A DNA stretch of 64,000 nt from an uncultured Enterobacteriaceae bacterium. GTDB lineage: Bacteria; Myxococcota_A; UBA796; SXON01. Below the pieces are notes generated by a model, which was not told the origin of the DNA, did not search any database, and saw nothing but the letters and a program-made list of their open reading frames with translations. This document shows positions 1 to 9,452 of the stretch, piece after piece. The stretch is from contig CAYWGD010000026.1 of the NCBI GenBank assembly GCA_964457335.1, positions 2,534 through 66,533 on the forward strand. Direction: 5' to 3'. Both the position numbers and the translations under genes were made by a program. Each line of letters starts with the position of its first letter. The stretch's first letter is position 1.

Positions 1-1
1 C

Positions 2-778
2 GGCATCTACGTCGCCACGTACGCGCCCCCCCACGGCAACGCCGCCACGAAGGCGACGCTCACCGCGAAGCTCGCGGGCGGCTCCAAGGCCCAGGTCGAC
101 ACGCGCGACGTGCCGCTCGTGCCCACCCGCGCCACCGGCCTCGCGCTCACCGCCGACCCGCCCGCGCTCCCGGCCGGCGCCACGAGCCTCGCGGTCGTCG
201 CGAAGGTCACGGGCCCCGACGGCGCCGCGCTCGCCGGCCGTACGCTCAAGCTCGCTGCCAACGGCGCGAAGCTCGCCGAGGTCAAGGACCTCAAGAACGG
301 CGAGTACCGCGCCGCCTTCACCCCCACGGGCAAGGGCCCGGTGGAGGTCACCGCCGCGGTGGCGGCCCCGCCCACGCAGAACCCGCTGGCCCGCGTGGTC
401 GTCCTCCCGGCCCGCGAGCGGCTCCCCCCCGACGGCCTCTCGAGCGCGATGCTCACCGTCGCCACCGTGGACGAGTTCGGCTCCCCCGTCGCGGGCGTGC
501 TCGTCGAGCTCCGCGTCGTGAGCGGCGACGGCTCCGTCCCCGCCACGGCCACCACCGACGCCGCGGGCGTCGCCCAGATCTACTACACGGCCGGCCGCAA
601 GAACGGTCTCGTCGGCATCGACGTCGTCGCGGGGGACCGCACCGCCGGCGTCACGCTGATCCAGGCCCCGCCCGACCTCGCGCTCCCCGACCTGCCCATG
701 CCCACCTCGGCGGCCACGCGCGCGCTCGCCGACGAGCTCGCCGCCACGACCGCCACCATCCGGATCGAGCGGCAGTAG
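2..778 (+). CDS. Ig-like (invasin/Big_1-type) domain protein, 5'-truncated by the window edge
   Basis: Frame is open from position 2 (GIYVATYAPP...). Repeated beta-rich motifs DLKNGEYRAAFTP and TTDAAGVAQIYYTAG resemble bacterial Ig-like domains. Confidence 0.55.
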   Translation, partial: GIYVATYAPPHGNAATKATLTAKLAGGSKAQVDTRDVPLVPTRATGLALTADPPALPAGATSLAVVAKVTGPDGAALAGRTLKLAANGAKLAEVKDLKNGEYRAAFTPTGKGPVEVTAAVAAPPTQNPLARVVVLPARERLPPDGLSSAMLTVATVDEFGSPVAGVLVELRVVSGDGSVPATATTDAAGVAQIYYTAGRKNGLVGIDVVAGDRTAGVTLIQAPPDLALPDLPMPTSAATRALADELAATTATIRIERQ

Positions 779-906
779 CGCTCCGATCTCGGGGCACCTC
801 CTCCGGAGTGCGGCGGCGTGGGTGCCTCCGGCGCGCGTCGGTGGTTCCCGTGCCTTCGGCGGCGCCCCCCGGGATGCCGAGCCGCTCGGGACCCGCGCGA
901 CGCCGA

Positions 907-1109
907 AGGAGCCGGGTCGAATACGACAAGCGTCCTGAGGAGCGGCACCGAATACGACAACGGCGCCCCGAACGGCGGCGTGGCCGGCGGCCCGCTCAAA
1001 AAAAGCACGCTTGGTCCGTTGGCCCGGGAGCGCGCGCCCCCGCCGGAAGGGACGGTTGTCGTACTCGGTGCCGCTCCTGAGCCGGCTTGTCGTATTCGAG
1101 GCCGCTCCT
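907..1109. repeat. Intergenic element with four 23-bp units AGGAGC-N5-CGAATACGACAA, two direct and two inverted, 31-bp period
   Basis: Units at 907-929 and 938-960 (+), and 1056-1078 and 1087-1109 (-). One mismatch among the fixed positions. Lies between convergent genes. Confidence 0.9.
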
Positions 1110-1152
1110 GGGGCGGCGGGCGGCCGATCGGCCCCCCGCGCCCCGGCCCGGC

Positions 1153-4100
1153 CTACTTCACGATCACCCGGTCCCCGCCGCTCCGCCCGAAGGTCTCGGG
1201 GCTGTACATCTCCTCGGCCTTGGCGGGCGGCACCACGAAGTCGCCCGGCGTGGTGGCGCGCGCGACGTAGGTGTAGGCGTGCACGCCCTCCCAGAGGAGC
1301 GACGAGAAGGCCTCCACGCGCTCGTCGCGGAGGTTCTCGTGCTCGTACCAGGGCCGCATCCACCACCAGTACGCCGGCTTGGCGTCCGGGTCGGCGGGGA
1401 GCGTGCCGGTCACCGCGAGGTCGGGGTTCAGCACCTCGAGGCCGGCGGGGAGCGGATCGACCAGCGCGACGTGGTAGCGCCGCATCGGCGTGGCCATCTC
1501 GACGCGGACGCGCACGCGCGCGCCGGCCTTGATGCGCCAGGTGCCGTCGGCGTCGCGGGTCACGTCGGCGGGGTCGTCGATGGGCTCGTAGCGGCGGCTC
1601 ACGGCGAAGCCGCGGTCGGCGGCGTCGGGATCGAGGTCGGTAGGCGCGTAGCGTAGGCCGAGCCGGTAGTAGAGCCGGCCGGCGCCCTGCTTCCCGACGA
1701 CGAGGTCGGCGTCCCCGTGGTCCTGGAGCCAGGCCATCGGCACGTCCACCTGCGCGCGCTCGGTCGAGCGGCCCGCGAAGGTGCGCTCGCCGGCGAGGCC
1801 GCTCCCGAGCCACACGCGCGCCACGAAGTCGGGCGTGGTGCCCTCGTAGGCCTTGAAGTAGCGGTCGAGCGCCAGCAGGATGTGGGCGTTCTCGGTCGTG
1901 CTGTTCCAGCGGCCGGCGACGCGGTGCGCAAGGAGCCCGTTCACGAGCTTGGGGACCAGCTCGTCCTTCGGGGCGGTCCGGACGAGCGCCTCGAGCAGCA
2001 CGCCGTCGGCGACGCGGTCGGAGGTCAGGAGCACCTGCTCCCCGTCGGTGTAGCCGGTGACGAAGTGCGCGCCGGCCGCGCTCTCGGTGACGTGGTTGTT
2101 CAGCCAGGCGCGGATGGTCGCGACCTCCTTGTTCGCCTTCGCGTCGACCAGCGTGGGCAGCACCCAGCCGAGGCCCTGCGCACCGAGCCCGTCGGGGCCG
2201 GCCTCCGCGAGCAGCGCCTTCGCCTTGGCGGGGGCGGGCTCCCCTGCGAGGGAGAGCACGTGCACCGCGTAGGCGCGGATCGCGCGGCGCGACTCGGGGG
2301 AGTACCACCGCGGGATGTGCGTCTCGATGGCGCGCGTGTAGTCGAGCGCGCGGTCGAGGCTCCGCGCGTCGATCGGGAGCTTCGCGTCGCGGGCCCGCAC
2401 GAGCGCGTGCGTGACGTGCACGCCCAGGTAGGGCCAGCCCTCGTCGCCGCGTCGCCAGAACGCCCAGCCGCCGTCGGGGTTCTGACGCCGCGCGAGGCGC
2501 TCCACGTCGGCGCGCATCGTGGCGTCGATCTCGGCCTGGGAGGGGAGCCCCTCGGCCTCGAACGCGCCGAGCACGTCCTTGAGCGCGGCCACCGACAGGA
2601 GCCGCGAGGCGAGCTGCTCGTTGCACTCGAAGGGGTAGGTCTGGAGGTAGAGGAAGGCGTCGGTGAGCGCCTGGAGCTGGGTGGAGGAGAGCGTCACCTC
2701 GAGCCCGCCGAACTGCGGCCACACGTCCTTCGGGGGGGCGAGCGGCTGGGCGATCGCGCCGTCCTGGTCGAAGGTGCCGTAGGTGGCGAAGGCCTCGGTG
2801 GTGGCGGGGGTCCAGACGGGCAGCTCGCCGGAGGCGGCGTCGGCGTAGGTGCCCGACGCGGCGGCGAGCTGGTAGCGCGCGGTGCCGGCGCGGGCCGCGG
2901 CCACGGGGAAGCGCACCTCCACGCGATCGTTGGCGGGCACGACGAGCCGCCGCCCCGCCCGATCCGTGCCCGACGTGAGCCCGGCCGACACGTCGGGGAG
3001 CACGCCGAGGTTGGCAGCGCGGAGCGCCACGTCCACGGTGAGCGGGGCGTCGGTCTGGTTCTGGAGCACCACGGGCAGCTCGGCGCGGTCGCCGAAGTTC
3101 AGGAAGCGCGGCGCGGAGGGGCGCACCATGAGCGGCAGGCGCGCGGTCACGTCGGCGGAGCCGGTGCCGAAGGCGCGCTCGCGGGCCACCGCCACGACCA
3201 TCACGCGGTAGCGCGTGAGCGAGTCGGGGAGGGCGAGCGGCACGGTCGCGCGGCCGCTCCGGTCGGTGACGACGCTCGGTGCCCACAGGGCGACGGCGGA
3301 GAAGTCGGCGCGGACCTGGATGGCCGGCGCGGCCTCGCCGCCCTCGGCCTTCGCCTTCTTCTGGGGCTCCATCGGAGCGGCGCTCCGCGCGACCGGCGCC
3401 GCCTCGTCCGCCATCTCGGCCATCGGCGCCGCCATCGGGGCGGACTGGAGGAGCACGAGGTCTCGCCCGCCGCCCCCCGGGCCCATGCCGCGTGCACCGA
3501 GCCCGCCGATCGCGAGCGCGCCGGGGTCGGCGAGGGTCACCCACTGGCGGAGGTGCTCGGCCTGGATCGCGTCGCCGCGCGGCGCGTAGAAGACGGTGAG
3601 CGGATCGGGCAGCTCGTACCCGGTGAGCGCGAGGACGGCCTCGTCGACGGCGACCACGGCGAGCTCCGCGCCGGGCTCGGGCGCGCCGGTCGGGCCGGTG
3701 ACGGTGAGCTGAATCTCGGTCTTCCCGCCCGGGGTGAGGCGGGCCTCGACCGGGGCCACCTGCACCGAGAGCGTGCGAGTGAGGCGCGACACGTCGAAGG
3801 TCAGCGTGCCGCCCGCGTAGGCCGCGCGCTTCGGGAGGTCGGCGCGCGGCTTCCCGTCGTCGCCGGTGCGGGTGCGCGCCCCGACCACGTCGACGGCCAC
3901 CGTGAAGTCGGGGACGTGTGCCTCGCCGACGGCCACCTCGAGCGGGGTGGTGGCCTCGGTGATCACGAAGGGGCGGGTCTCCAGCAGGTTCCCGCCGGCG
4001 CGCACGGTGAGGAGGCCCTCCGCGGGCCAGAACGGCGCCTGCACGAGGAAGCGCGCCGTCTCGCCCACGGCCCAGCTCTTCTTCTCGGGCACCAGCGTGA

Positions 4101-7100
4101 CGCGCTCCTGCTCGACGCCCCGATCGGGCACGAGCTGCTCGCCGGCCACCCACACGCGGATCTCCGTCGTGTTCTTGCGGCCGTGCGGGTCGGTGACGGT
4201 GGCCACGACCGCGTAGGTCCCGCCCGCGTCGGGCGTGAACGTCGCGGTGCCGGCCCCCGCGTCGAGTCGCTTGGACGCCACCTCCTCCGGCACCTCCTTC
4301 CACTCGCCGCCCACGCGCCGCCACACGAGGCGGCGGAACGAGACCTCGATCGCGCCGGTGCCCGCGGCCTTGCCGGCACGGTCCACGACCAGGGCCTCGA
4401 CCTCGACCGGGGACTTCGCGGCGACGTACGGCTTCGCGGTCTTCAGCCCGACGTACCAGGCGGCGGGGTGCACGAGGAAGTCGCGCGACGCGGTCCACGC
4501 CTGCCGGTTCACGTCTTCGACGGTGGCCTGCGCGTGCACGGTCATCGGGCGCGTCGGGGTGAGCGCGGCGAAGTGCACGCCGAGGTGGTGCTCGCCGGCG
4601 GCGTCGGTGACGCCCTCGAGCGTCACGGGCGGCGTGTAGGGCTCCGGCTCGAACCACCACTTCCACCACGGCGACCAGGGGCCGAAGCTCCAGTCCTCGC
4701 GGCCCGGCGGCACGAAGGTCGCGGGCGTGGCCGACACCTCCCAGCGGACGGGCGCGCTCGCGAGGCCCCCGCCGGCGTAGTAGCGGGCGGCCACGTCGAC
4801 CGTCGCGTCCTCGCCGAGCGCGTAGATGCCGTCGGCCCCGGCGGCCGACACCTCGAACTCCGGCGTTCGGTACTCCTGGATCTCGAAGGCGTGCCAGGTC
4901 GAGCCTTCGTCGGCCACGAGCTCGATCTGGGCGGCGCCGAGGTCGGGGGTGTCGGGGAGCTTCAGGTCGAAGGTGAAGCCGCCGAGGCCGGACATCTTCG
5001 CCACGCCCTCGCCGAGCGGGTTGCCGAGGCTCGACTTCGCGATCCAGCGCACCGTCGCGCCCTCCGCGCGGCGGAGCGTCGTCTCCGGGTCGGGCTCGGC
5101 CATGCGGAGCCAGCCGCGCACGTGCACGGTCTCGCCGGGCTTGTAGAGGTGCTTGTCGTCGAACACGTACCAGCGGAGCTGGTCCATCTGTTCGGCGCCG
5201 ATCCAGCTGCCCTCGTACGCCCACGGCACCGCGGGGAGCAGCGCCGTGTCGTCGCCCACGCGCGCGACGAGCCCGAGCGCGTCGTCCACCTTCAGGCGGG
5301 CGAGGCCGTGCGCGTCGCTCTTCGTCGCGCCCTCCTGGCCCAGGAGCTCGACGGTGGCGCCGTCGACCGCGCGGCCGTCCGCGAGGCTCGTCACCCAGGC
5401 GGTCACGGCGGCGGGCTCGCGGATCGCGGTCAGCCCGAGCTTCGTGACCTGCACCCAGCCGATCCACTCGGTGCGCTCCCAGCGGCTCTTCGGCTGGTTC
5501 GTGGGCTCGACCTGCACGACGAAGTGGCCCGTGCCGCCGCCCAGGTACGGGGCGAGGTCGATGCGGGTCTCCACCTTGCGGTCGGGGTCGCTCGCGACGG
5601 GCACGGTCCCGGCGAACACGCGCGTCCCGGGGAGCTCGCCCTTCCGCGCGTCCTCCCAGCGCCAGCGGCTCCACCACTGCGTCCAGGCCTTCCAGTCCGC
5701 CGGCGTGACCTCGTGGATCTTCACGCGGAGCGAGGCGTGGTTGGTCGTGAAGACGGAGACGGAGGGGGTGCCCGCCGGCTCGACCACGACGAAGGGGTTG
5801 GGGGGCCCGGTGAAGCTCTTGTCGGCGGCGCCCACGTCCACCGAGAAGGTGCGGGCCTCGGGCAGCGCCTGGCCGAAGGTGTCGCGGATCCCGGCGGCGA
5901 CGCGCACCTTGTAGGTGGTGCGGGGGGCGAACGCACCGTGGATGCCGACGGTGTTCCCCGAGGGCACGAGCGCGAGGCCGGCGACGGTGGGCTCGATCGT
6001 GATCGTCGCGGGGTCGAAGGCCTCCTCGTCGAGCGGGTTCGAGAACTCCATGGCCCAGGAGGCGTCGGGCGGGCAGGGGTTCTGCCAGCACGTAGGCGCC
6101 GACACGGTGAGCGGGCCGAAGGTCCGGAAGGAGAAGGACTGCTCGCCGGTGGTGGGGAGCGGGCCTTCGGCGGAGGGCGCGCCCTTCGCGACCACGACGG
6201 AGTAGCTCGTGCCGTTGGAGAGGCGCTCGGTCGGCACCACGACGACCTGGCGGTCCGGGTGCTCGGGCGGACGCGCCGCGAAGGCGGGAGGGACCTCGTC
6301 CGGGCGCGCGAGGCGCACGGGGACGGTGCGGCCGCCGCCGCGCACCTGGATCGAGGCGAGGAGCGCGTCGGCGGTGACGGCCTGGTCGAAGCCGAGCACG
6401 AGCGCGGGCTCGAGGGGCTGGGGCGTGTGCTCGTCGGGCCAGGTGCTCGTGAGCGAGAGCGGCGGGGTGGCGAAGGTCCACGAGACCGCGGCGTCGAGCG
6501 CGGTCCCGTCGGCGGCGCGCGTGCCGGCGGGGATCTCCGCGGTGTAGCGCGTCGCCATCGGGAAGCGTCCCTCGGGCTGGAAGACCACCGTCTTCGTGCC
6601 GAGCCAGCGCCACTCGCCGGGCGGCGTCGGCGTGAGCTTCACCGGCACCGTGGCGGCGGCGGTGTCCGCGTCGGTGAGCGGCACCATGGGCCGCGAGAAG
6701 GTCGCGGAGAGGTGCGGGGCGAGGGGGACGTCGCCCTCGGGGGCGCGCCGGAGCACGGTGAGCGGGCCGGTCGCGACCTCGGGGGCCTCCGCGGTCGCCG
6801 GCGGCGGGAAGGGGAGGTTCGTCGTGGCGCCGGTGCGCGGCGGGGGCGTGGGGCCCTTGCGGAGGGCGAATTCGACGGCGTCGTCGGCGTCCGCGGGCAG
6901 CGGCGGCAGGCGGCCGAGCAGCGCGTCGGTCTCCGCGGCGGAGAGCGGCGTCGCGGGCGGGAGCGGGAGCGTGGTGGAGGCGCCCGCGGCCGGGCGCGCC
7001 TCGTAGAGCTCCATGACGAGGCCCTCGGCCTCGGGATCCTCGACGAACATCACCTTTCCCTCCGAGGCCGCGGTCGGGGTCACGGGCGCCGAGGACGCCG

Positions 7101-7182
7101 GGGCCTCCGGCTGCACGGGCGCGCGGAGGCACGCCGCGAGGAGCGCGAAGCCGGCGGAAGAACGGAGCGGGGACCAGCGCAT
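1153..7182 (-). CDS. Alpha-2-macroglobulin family lipoprotein with N-terminal Ig-like repeats
   Basis: Start re-assigned to MRWSPLRSSAGFALLAAC (lipobox). MG2-type motif DKHLYKPGETVH, IQEYRTPEFEV, LPDSLTRYRVMVVA, thioester-type YPFECNEQ, C-terminal EERDERVEAF-like segment and PPAKAEEMYSPE. Confidence 0.92.
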   Translation of the reverse strand: MRWSPLRSSAGFALLAACLRAPVQPEAPASSAPVTPTAASEGKVMFVEDPEAEGLVMELYEARPAAGASTTLPLPPATPLSAAETDALLGRLPPLPADADDAVEFALRKGPTPPPRTGATTNLPFPPPATAEAPEVATGPLTVLRRAPEGDVPLAPHLSATFSRPMVPLTDADTAAATVPVKLTPTPPGEWRWLGTKTVVFQPEGRFPMATRYTAEIPAGTRAADGTALDAAVSWTFATPPLSLTSTWPDEHTPQPLEPALVLGFDQAVTADALLASIQVRGGGRTVPVRLARPDEVPPAFAARPPEHPDRQVVVVPTERLSNGTSYSVVVAKGAPSAEGPLPTTGEQSFSFRTFGPLTVSAPTCWQNPCPPDASWAMEFSNPLDEEAFDPATITIEPTVAGLALVPSGNTVGIHGAFAPRTTYKVRVAAGIRDTFGQALPEARTFSVDVGAADKSFTGPPNPFVVVEPAGTPSVSVFTTNHASLRVKIHEVTPADWKAWTQWWSRWRWEDARKGELPGTRVFAGTVPVASDPDRKVETRIDLAPYLGGGTGHFVVQVEPTNQPKSRWERTEWIGWVQVTKLGLTAIREPAAVTAWVTSLADGRAVDGATVELLGQEGATKSDAHGLARLKVDDALGLVARVGDDTALLPAVPWAYEGSWIGAEQMDQLRWYVFDDKHLYKPGETVHVRGWLRMAEPDPETTLRRAEGATVRWIAKSSLGNPLGEGVAKMSGLGGFTFDLKLPDTPDLGAAQIELVADEGSTWHAFEIQEYRTPEFEVSAAGADGIYALGEDATVDVAARYYAGGGLASAPVRWEVSATPATFVPPGREDWSFGPWSPWWKWWFEPEPYTPPVTLEGVTDAAGEHHLGVHFAALTPTRPMTVHAQATVEDVNRQAWTASRDFLVHPAAWYVGLKTAKPYVAAKSPVEVEALVVDRAGKAAGTGAIEVSFRRLVWRRVGGEWKEVPEEVASKRLDAGAGTATFTPDAGGTYAVVATVTDPHGRKNTTEIRVWVAGEQLVPDRGVEQERVTLVPEKKSWAVGETARFLVQAPFWPAEGLLTVRAGGNLLETRPFVITEATTPLEVAVGEAHVPDFTVAVDVVGARTRTGDDGKPRADLPKRAAYAGGTLTFDVSRLTRTLSVQVAPVEARLTPGGKTEIQLTVTGPTGAPEPGAELAVVAVDEAVLALTGYELPDPLTVFYAPRGDAIQAEHLRQWVTLADPGALAIGGLGARGMGPGGGGRDLVLLQSAPMAAPMAEMADEAAPVARSAAPMEPQKKAKAEGGEAAPAIQVRADFSAVALWAPSVVTDRSGRATVPLALPDSLTRYRVMVVAVARERAFGTGSADVTARLPLMVRPSAPRFLNFGDRAELPVVLQNQTDAPLTVDVALRAANLGVLPDVSAGLTSGTDRAGRRLVVPANDRVEVRFPVAAARAGTARYQLAAASGTYADAASGELPVWTPATTEAFATYGTFDQDGAIAQPLAPPKDVWPQFGGLEVTLSSTQLQALTDAFLYLQTYPFECNEQLASRLLSVAALKDVLGAFEAEGLPSQAEIDATMRADVERLARRQNPDGGWAFWRRGDEGWPYLGVHVTHALVRARDAKLPIDARSLDRALDYTRAIETHIPRWYSPESRRAIRAYAVHVLSLAGEPAPAKAKALLAEAGPDGLGAQGLGWVLPTLVDAKANKEVATIRAWLNNHVTESAAGAHFVTGYTDGEQVLLTSDRVADGVLLEALVRTAPKDELVPKLVNGLLAHRVAGRWNSTTENAHILLALDRYFKAYEGTTPDFVARVWLGSGLAGERTFAGRSTERAQVDVPMAWLQDHGDADLVVGKQGAGRLYYRLGLRYAPTDLDPDAADRGFAVSRRYEPIDDPADVTRDADGTWRIKAGARVRVRVEMATPMRRYHVALVDPLPAGLEVLNPDLAVTGTLPADPDAKPAYWWWMRPWYEHENLRDERVEAFSSLLWEGVHAYTYVARATTPGDFVVPPAKAEEMYSPETFGRSGGDRVIVK

Positions 7183-7354
7183 GGGGGCTCTCCGACGCGC
7201 ACAACGCGCGCGACGCCGGGAGCTTACGTCGGGGCACCCCCGCGCGCCGGTCTCGGACTGTCGAGCCAGGGGTGGCGGGGCACGCCGGAAGCCGCGGCCT
7301 CGCGGAGCGCGCGGCCGCTTCCGTGCGACACTTCCGAGAGTCCGGAGCTCGTCC

Positions 7355-9367
7355 ATGCTCGCCTTCCTGCTCGGCGCGGCCTGCTTCGCCGAGAAGCCGC
7401 CGACCGACGGGCCCTGCACCGGCACCCGCACCTACGCCGACGCCGACGGGGACGGCTTCGGGGACCCCGACGCGCCGGTCTCCTCCTGCGAGCGCTCCCC
7501 GAGCGACGTGGACGACGCCTCCGACTGCGACGACGCCGACGCCACGGCCTTCCCCGGGGCCGTCGAGGTCTGCGACGGGGACGACGACGACTGCGACGGC
7601 GCCATCGACGAGCCGGACGCCGCCGACGCGCTCCCCTGGTACCGGGACGACGACGGGGACGGCTTCGGGGACGCCGCTACCACGACGCGCGCCTGCGCGG
7701 CGCCCGAGGGCTACGTCGGGGACGCCACCGACTGCGACGACGACGGCGCGACCGACTTCCCCGGCGCCGGCGAGGTGTGTGACGGCGACGACGACGACTG
7801 CGACGGCCTCGTCGACGACGAGGACCCCGACCTGCTCGATCGCCCGACCTGGTACGTCGACGCCGACGGCGACGGCTTCGGCGACACCACCACCGCGGTG
7901 GTCCAGTGCGACGCGGCCGTCGGGTACGTCGGCGACCCCGGGGACTGCGACGACGCGGACGCGGCGATCAGCCCCGGCGCCGACGACGCCTGCTGGGACG
8001 GCGTCGACCAGGACTGCGACGGCGCCGACGTGTCCTGCCCCATCGAGGGGAACCTCGGCGTCGCGACCGCGGACGTGACGCTCCTGGGCGAGATCTACGC
8101 GGGTCTCGCGGGGGAGGCGCTCGCCGGCGGCGGTGACCTCGACGGCGACGGGCTCGACGACGTGCTGATCGCGGACGAGCACCGCGTGTACGTCGTGCTC
8201 GGCCCGCTCACCGCGGGCTCGCTGGCCTCCGTGCCGGCGCGGACCACCCCCAAGGCCACCGACCTCGACTACGGGGACGCGCTGGCGATCGGCCCGGACT
8301 TCGACGGCGACGGCGCGACCGACTGGGCCGTCGGGGCCCCCGGCGCGGATGACGGCTACGGCGTGGCCTACCTCTCGAGCGGCGCGCCCGTCCCCCGCAG
8401 CGTGCCCGCCTACGACGTGGCCGTCCAGCTCTTCCAGGGCGAGGCGTACGGCGACGGGTTCGGGTCGGCGGTCGCGCTCCTGCCGAGCCTCGACGGCGAC
8501 GGCTACGCCGAGCTGCTCGTCGGCGCCTACGGCGTGGACACGGCGGGTTCGGGGGCAGGCGCGGCCTACGTCTTCGCCGGGCCGACGACGGGCACGCTGG
8601 AGCGGAGCGCCTCGTCGGCCGAGGTCGTCCTGCTCGGCGAGGACGCGGACGACCGCTTCGGCTGGCGCGTCGCGGCCGCCGGCGACGTGGACGGTGACGG
8701 GCTCGGGGACCTCCTCGTGGGGGCGTTCCTGAGCGACGCGGGCGGGGTGTCGGCGGGCGCCGGCTACCTGTTCACGACACCGGCGGCCGGGACGGTCGAC
8801 GCGTCCGCGGCGGACGCGACGCTCACGGGGGCCGAAGGGGACTACCTCGGCTACGCGATCGCCGCGGCGGGCGACGTGGACGGGGACGGCCTCGCCGACC
8901 TGCTCCTCGGCGCTCCGGGCGACGACTCCACGGATGACGCGGCCGGGGCGGCCTACCTCGTGCCCGGCGGGATCACGGGGGCGAGCCCGGTGTCCGCGGT
9001 CTGCGTCGCCCAGGTGCTCGGGGACGTCGCCGACGACGAGGCGGGCGAGTCGGTGGCCGGCGCCGGGGACGTGGACGGCGACGGCTTCGCCGACCTCCTC
9101 GTCGGGGCGGCCGGCAACGACGCGGCCGGCCCGGGTTTCGGCGCCGCGTGCCTGCGGTACGGCCCAGCGTCGGGCGCCGTCTCCCTCTCGAAATGCGACG
9201 CGCTCCTGGTGGGTGACGCGACCGGAGACGCGACCGGCACGCCCGTCGCGGCCGCCGGGGACACGGACGGCGACGGCCTCGCCGACATCCTGGTCGGCGC
9301 CTGGAGCGACGACACGGCCCACACCGCCGCCGGCGCGATCCACCTCTGGTACGGCCGCCCGCGCTGA
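7355..9367 (+). CDS. Lipoprotein with 3 MopE-type (putative metal-binding) repeats and an FG-GAP/integrin-like beta-propeller
   Basis: Start re-assigned to MLAFLLGAAC. Repeats PGAxExCDGxDxDCDG, then multiple AGDVDGDGxxDLLVGA motifs. Ends HLWYGRPR. Confidence 0.85.
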   Translation: MLAFLLGAACFAEKPPTDGPCTGTRTYADADGDGFGDPDAPVSSCERSPSDVDDASDCDDADATAFPGAVEVCDGDDDDCDGAIDEPDAADALPWYRDDDGDGFGDAATTTRACAAPEGYVGDATDCDDDGATDFPGAGEVCDGDDDDCDGLVDDEDPDLLDRPTWYVDADGDGFGDTTTAVVQCDAAVGYVGDPGDCDDADAAISPGADDACWDGVDQDCDGADVSCPIEGNLGVATADVTLLGEIYAGLAGEALAGGGDLDGDGLDDVLIADEHRVYVVLGPLTAGSLASVPARTTPKATDLDYGDALAIGPDFDGDGATDWAVGAPGADDGYGVAYLSSGAPVPRSVPAYDVAVQLFQGEAYGDGFGSAVALLPSLDGDGYAELLVGAYGVDTAGSGAGAAYVFAGPTTGTLERSASSAEVVLLGEDADDRFGWRVAAAGDVDGDGLGDLLVGAFLSDAGGVSAGAGYLFTTPAAGTVDASAADATLTGAEGDYLGYAIAAAGDVDGDGLADLLLGAPGDDSTDDAAGAAYLVPGGITGASPVSAVCVAQVLGDVADDEAGESVAGAGDVDGDGFADLLVGAAGNDAAGPGFGAACLRYGPASGAVSLSKCDALLVGDATGDATGTPVAAAGDTDGDGLADILVGAWSDDTAHTAAGAIHLWYGRPR

Positions 9368-9369
9368 CG

Positions 9370-9390
9370 CCCCCCTGAAAGGGGGATGTA
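9370..9390. repeat. Hairpin motif CCCCCCTGAAAGGGGGATGTA (copy 1)
   Basis: 20/21 identical to 40227-40247. Confidence 0.7.
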
Positions 9391-9452
9391 CTGGTTTCGG
9401 GACGTAGCCGGCCGGCAGTTCGTGGCACACTGACCGGACGCCGGAGTGACCG

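Noticed and set aside
779-906. Cobalamin riboswitch or tRNA/tmRNA in the long intergenic region
   Set aside because: No B12-box/AGGGAA core, tRNA T-loop or CCA pattern was recognisable. An Rfam search would be needed to exclude it fully.
907-1109. Possible mini-CRISPR array
   Set aside because: Only 8 nt separates adjacent units, half are inverted, and no cas genes are present.
7183-7431. N-terminal extensions in the ORF track (A2M from 7431; likewise 7013, 17450, 19624, 22966, 25774, 33104, 39830, 41410, 42522, 44225, 51394, 52677)
   Set aside because: Downstream starts give clean signal peptides or domain starts and overlap upstream stops; the extensions overlap other genes and look non-coding.
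1717-7782. 2021-aa + strand ORF
   Set aside because: Antisense shadow of the A2M gene; Arg/Gly/Ala-rich with no motifs, as expected in high-GC DNA.
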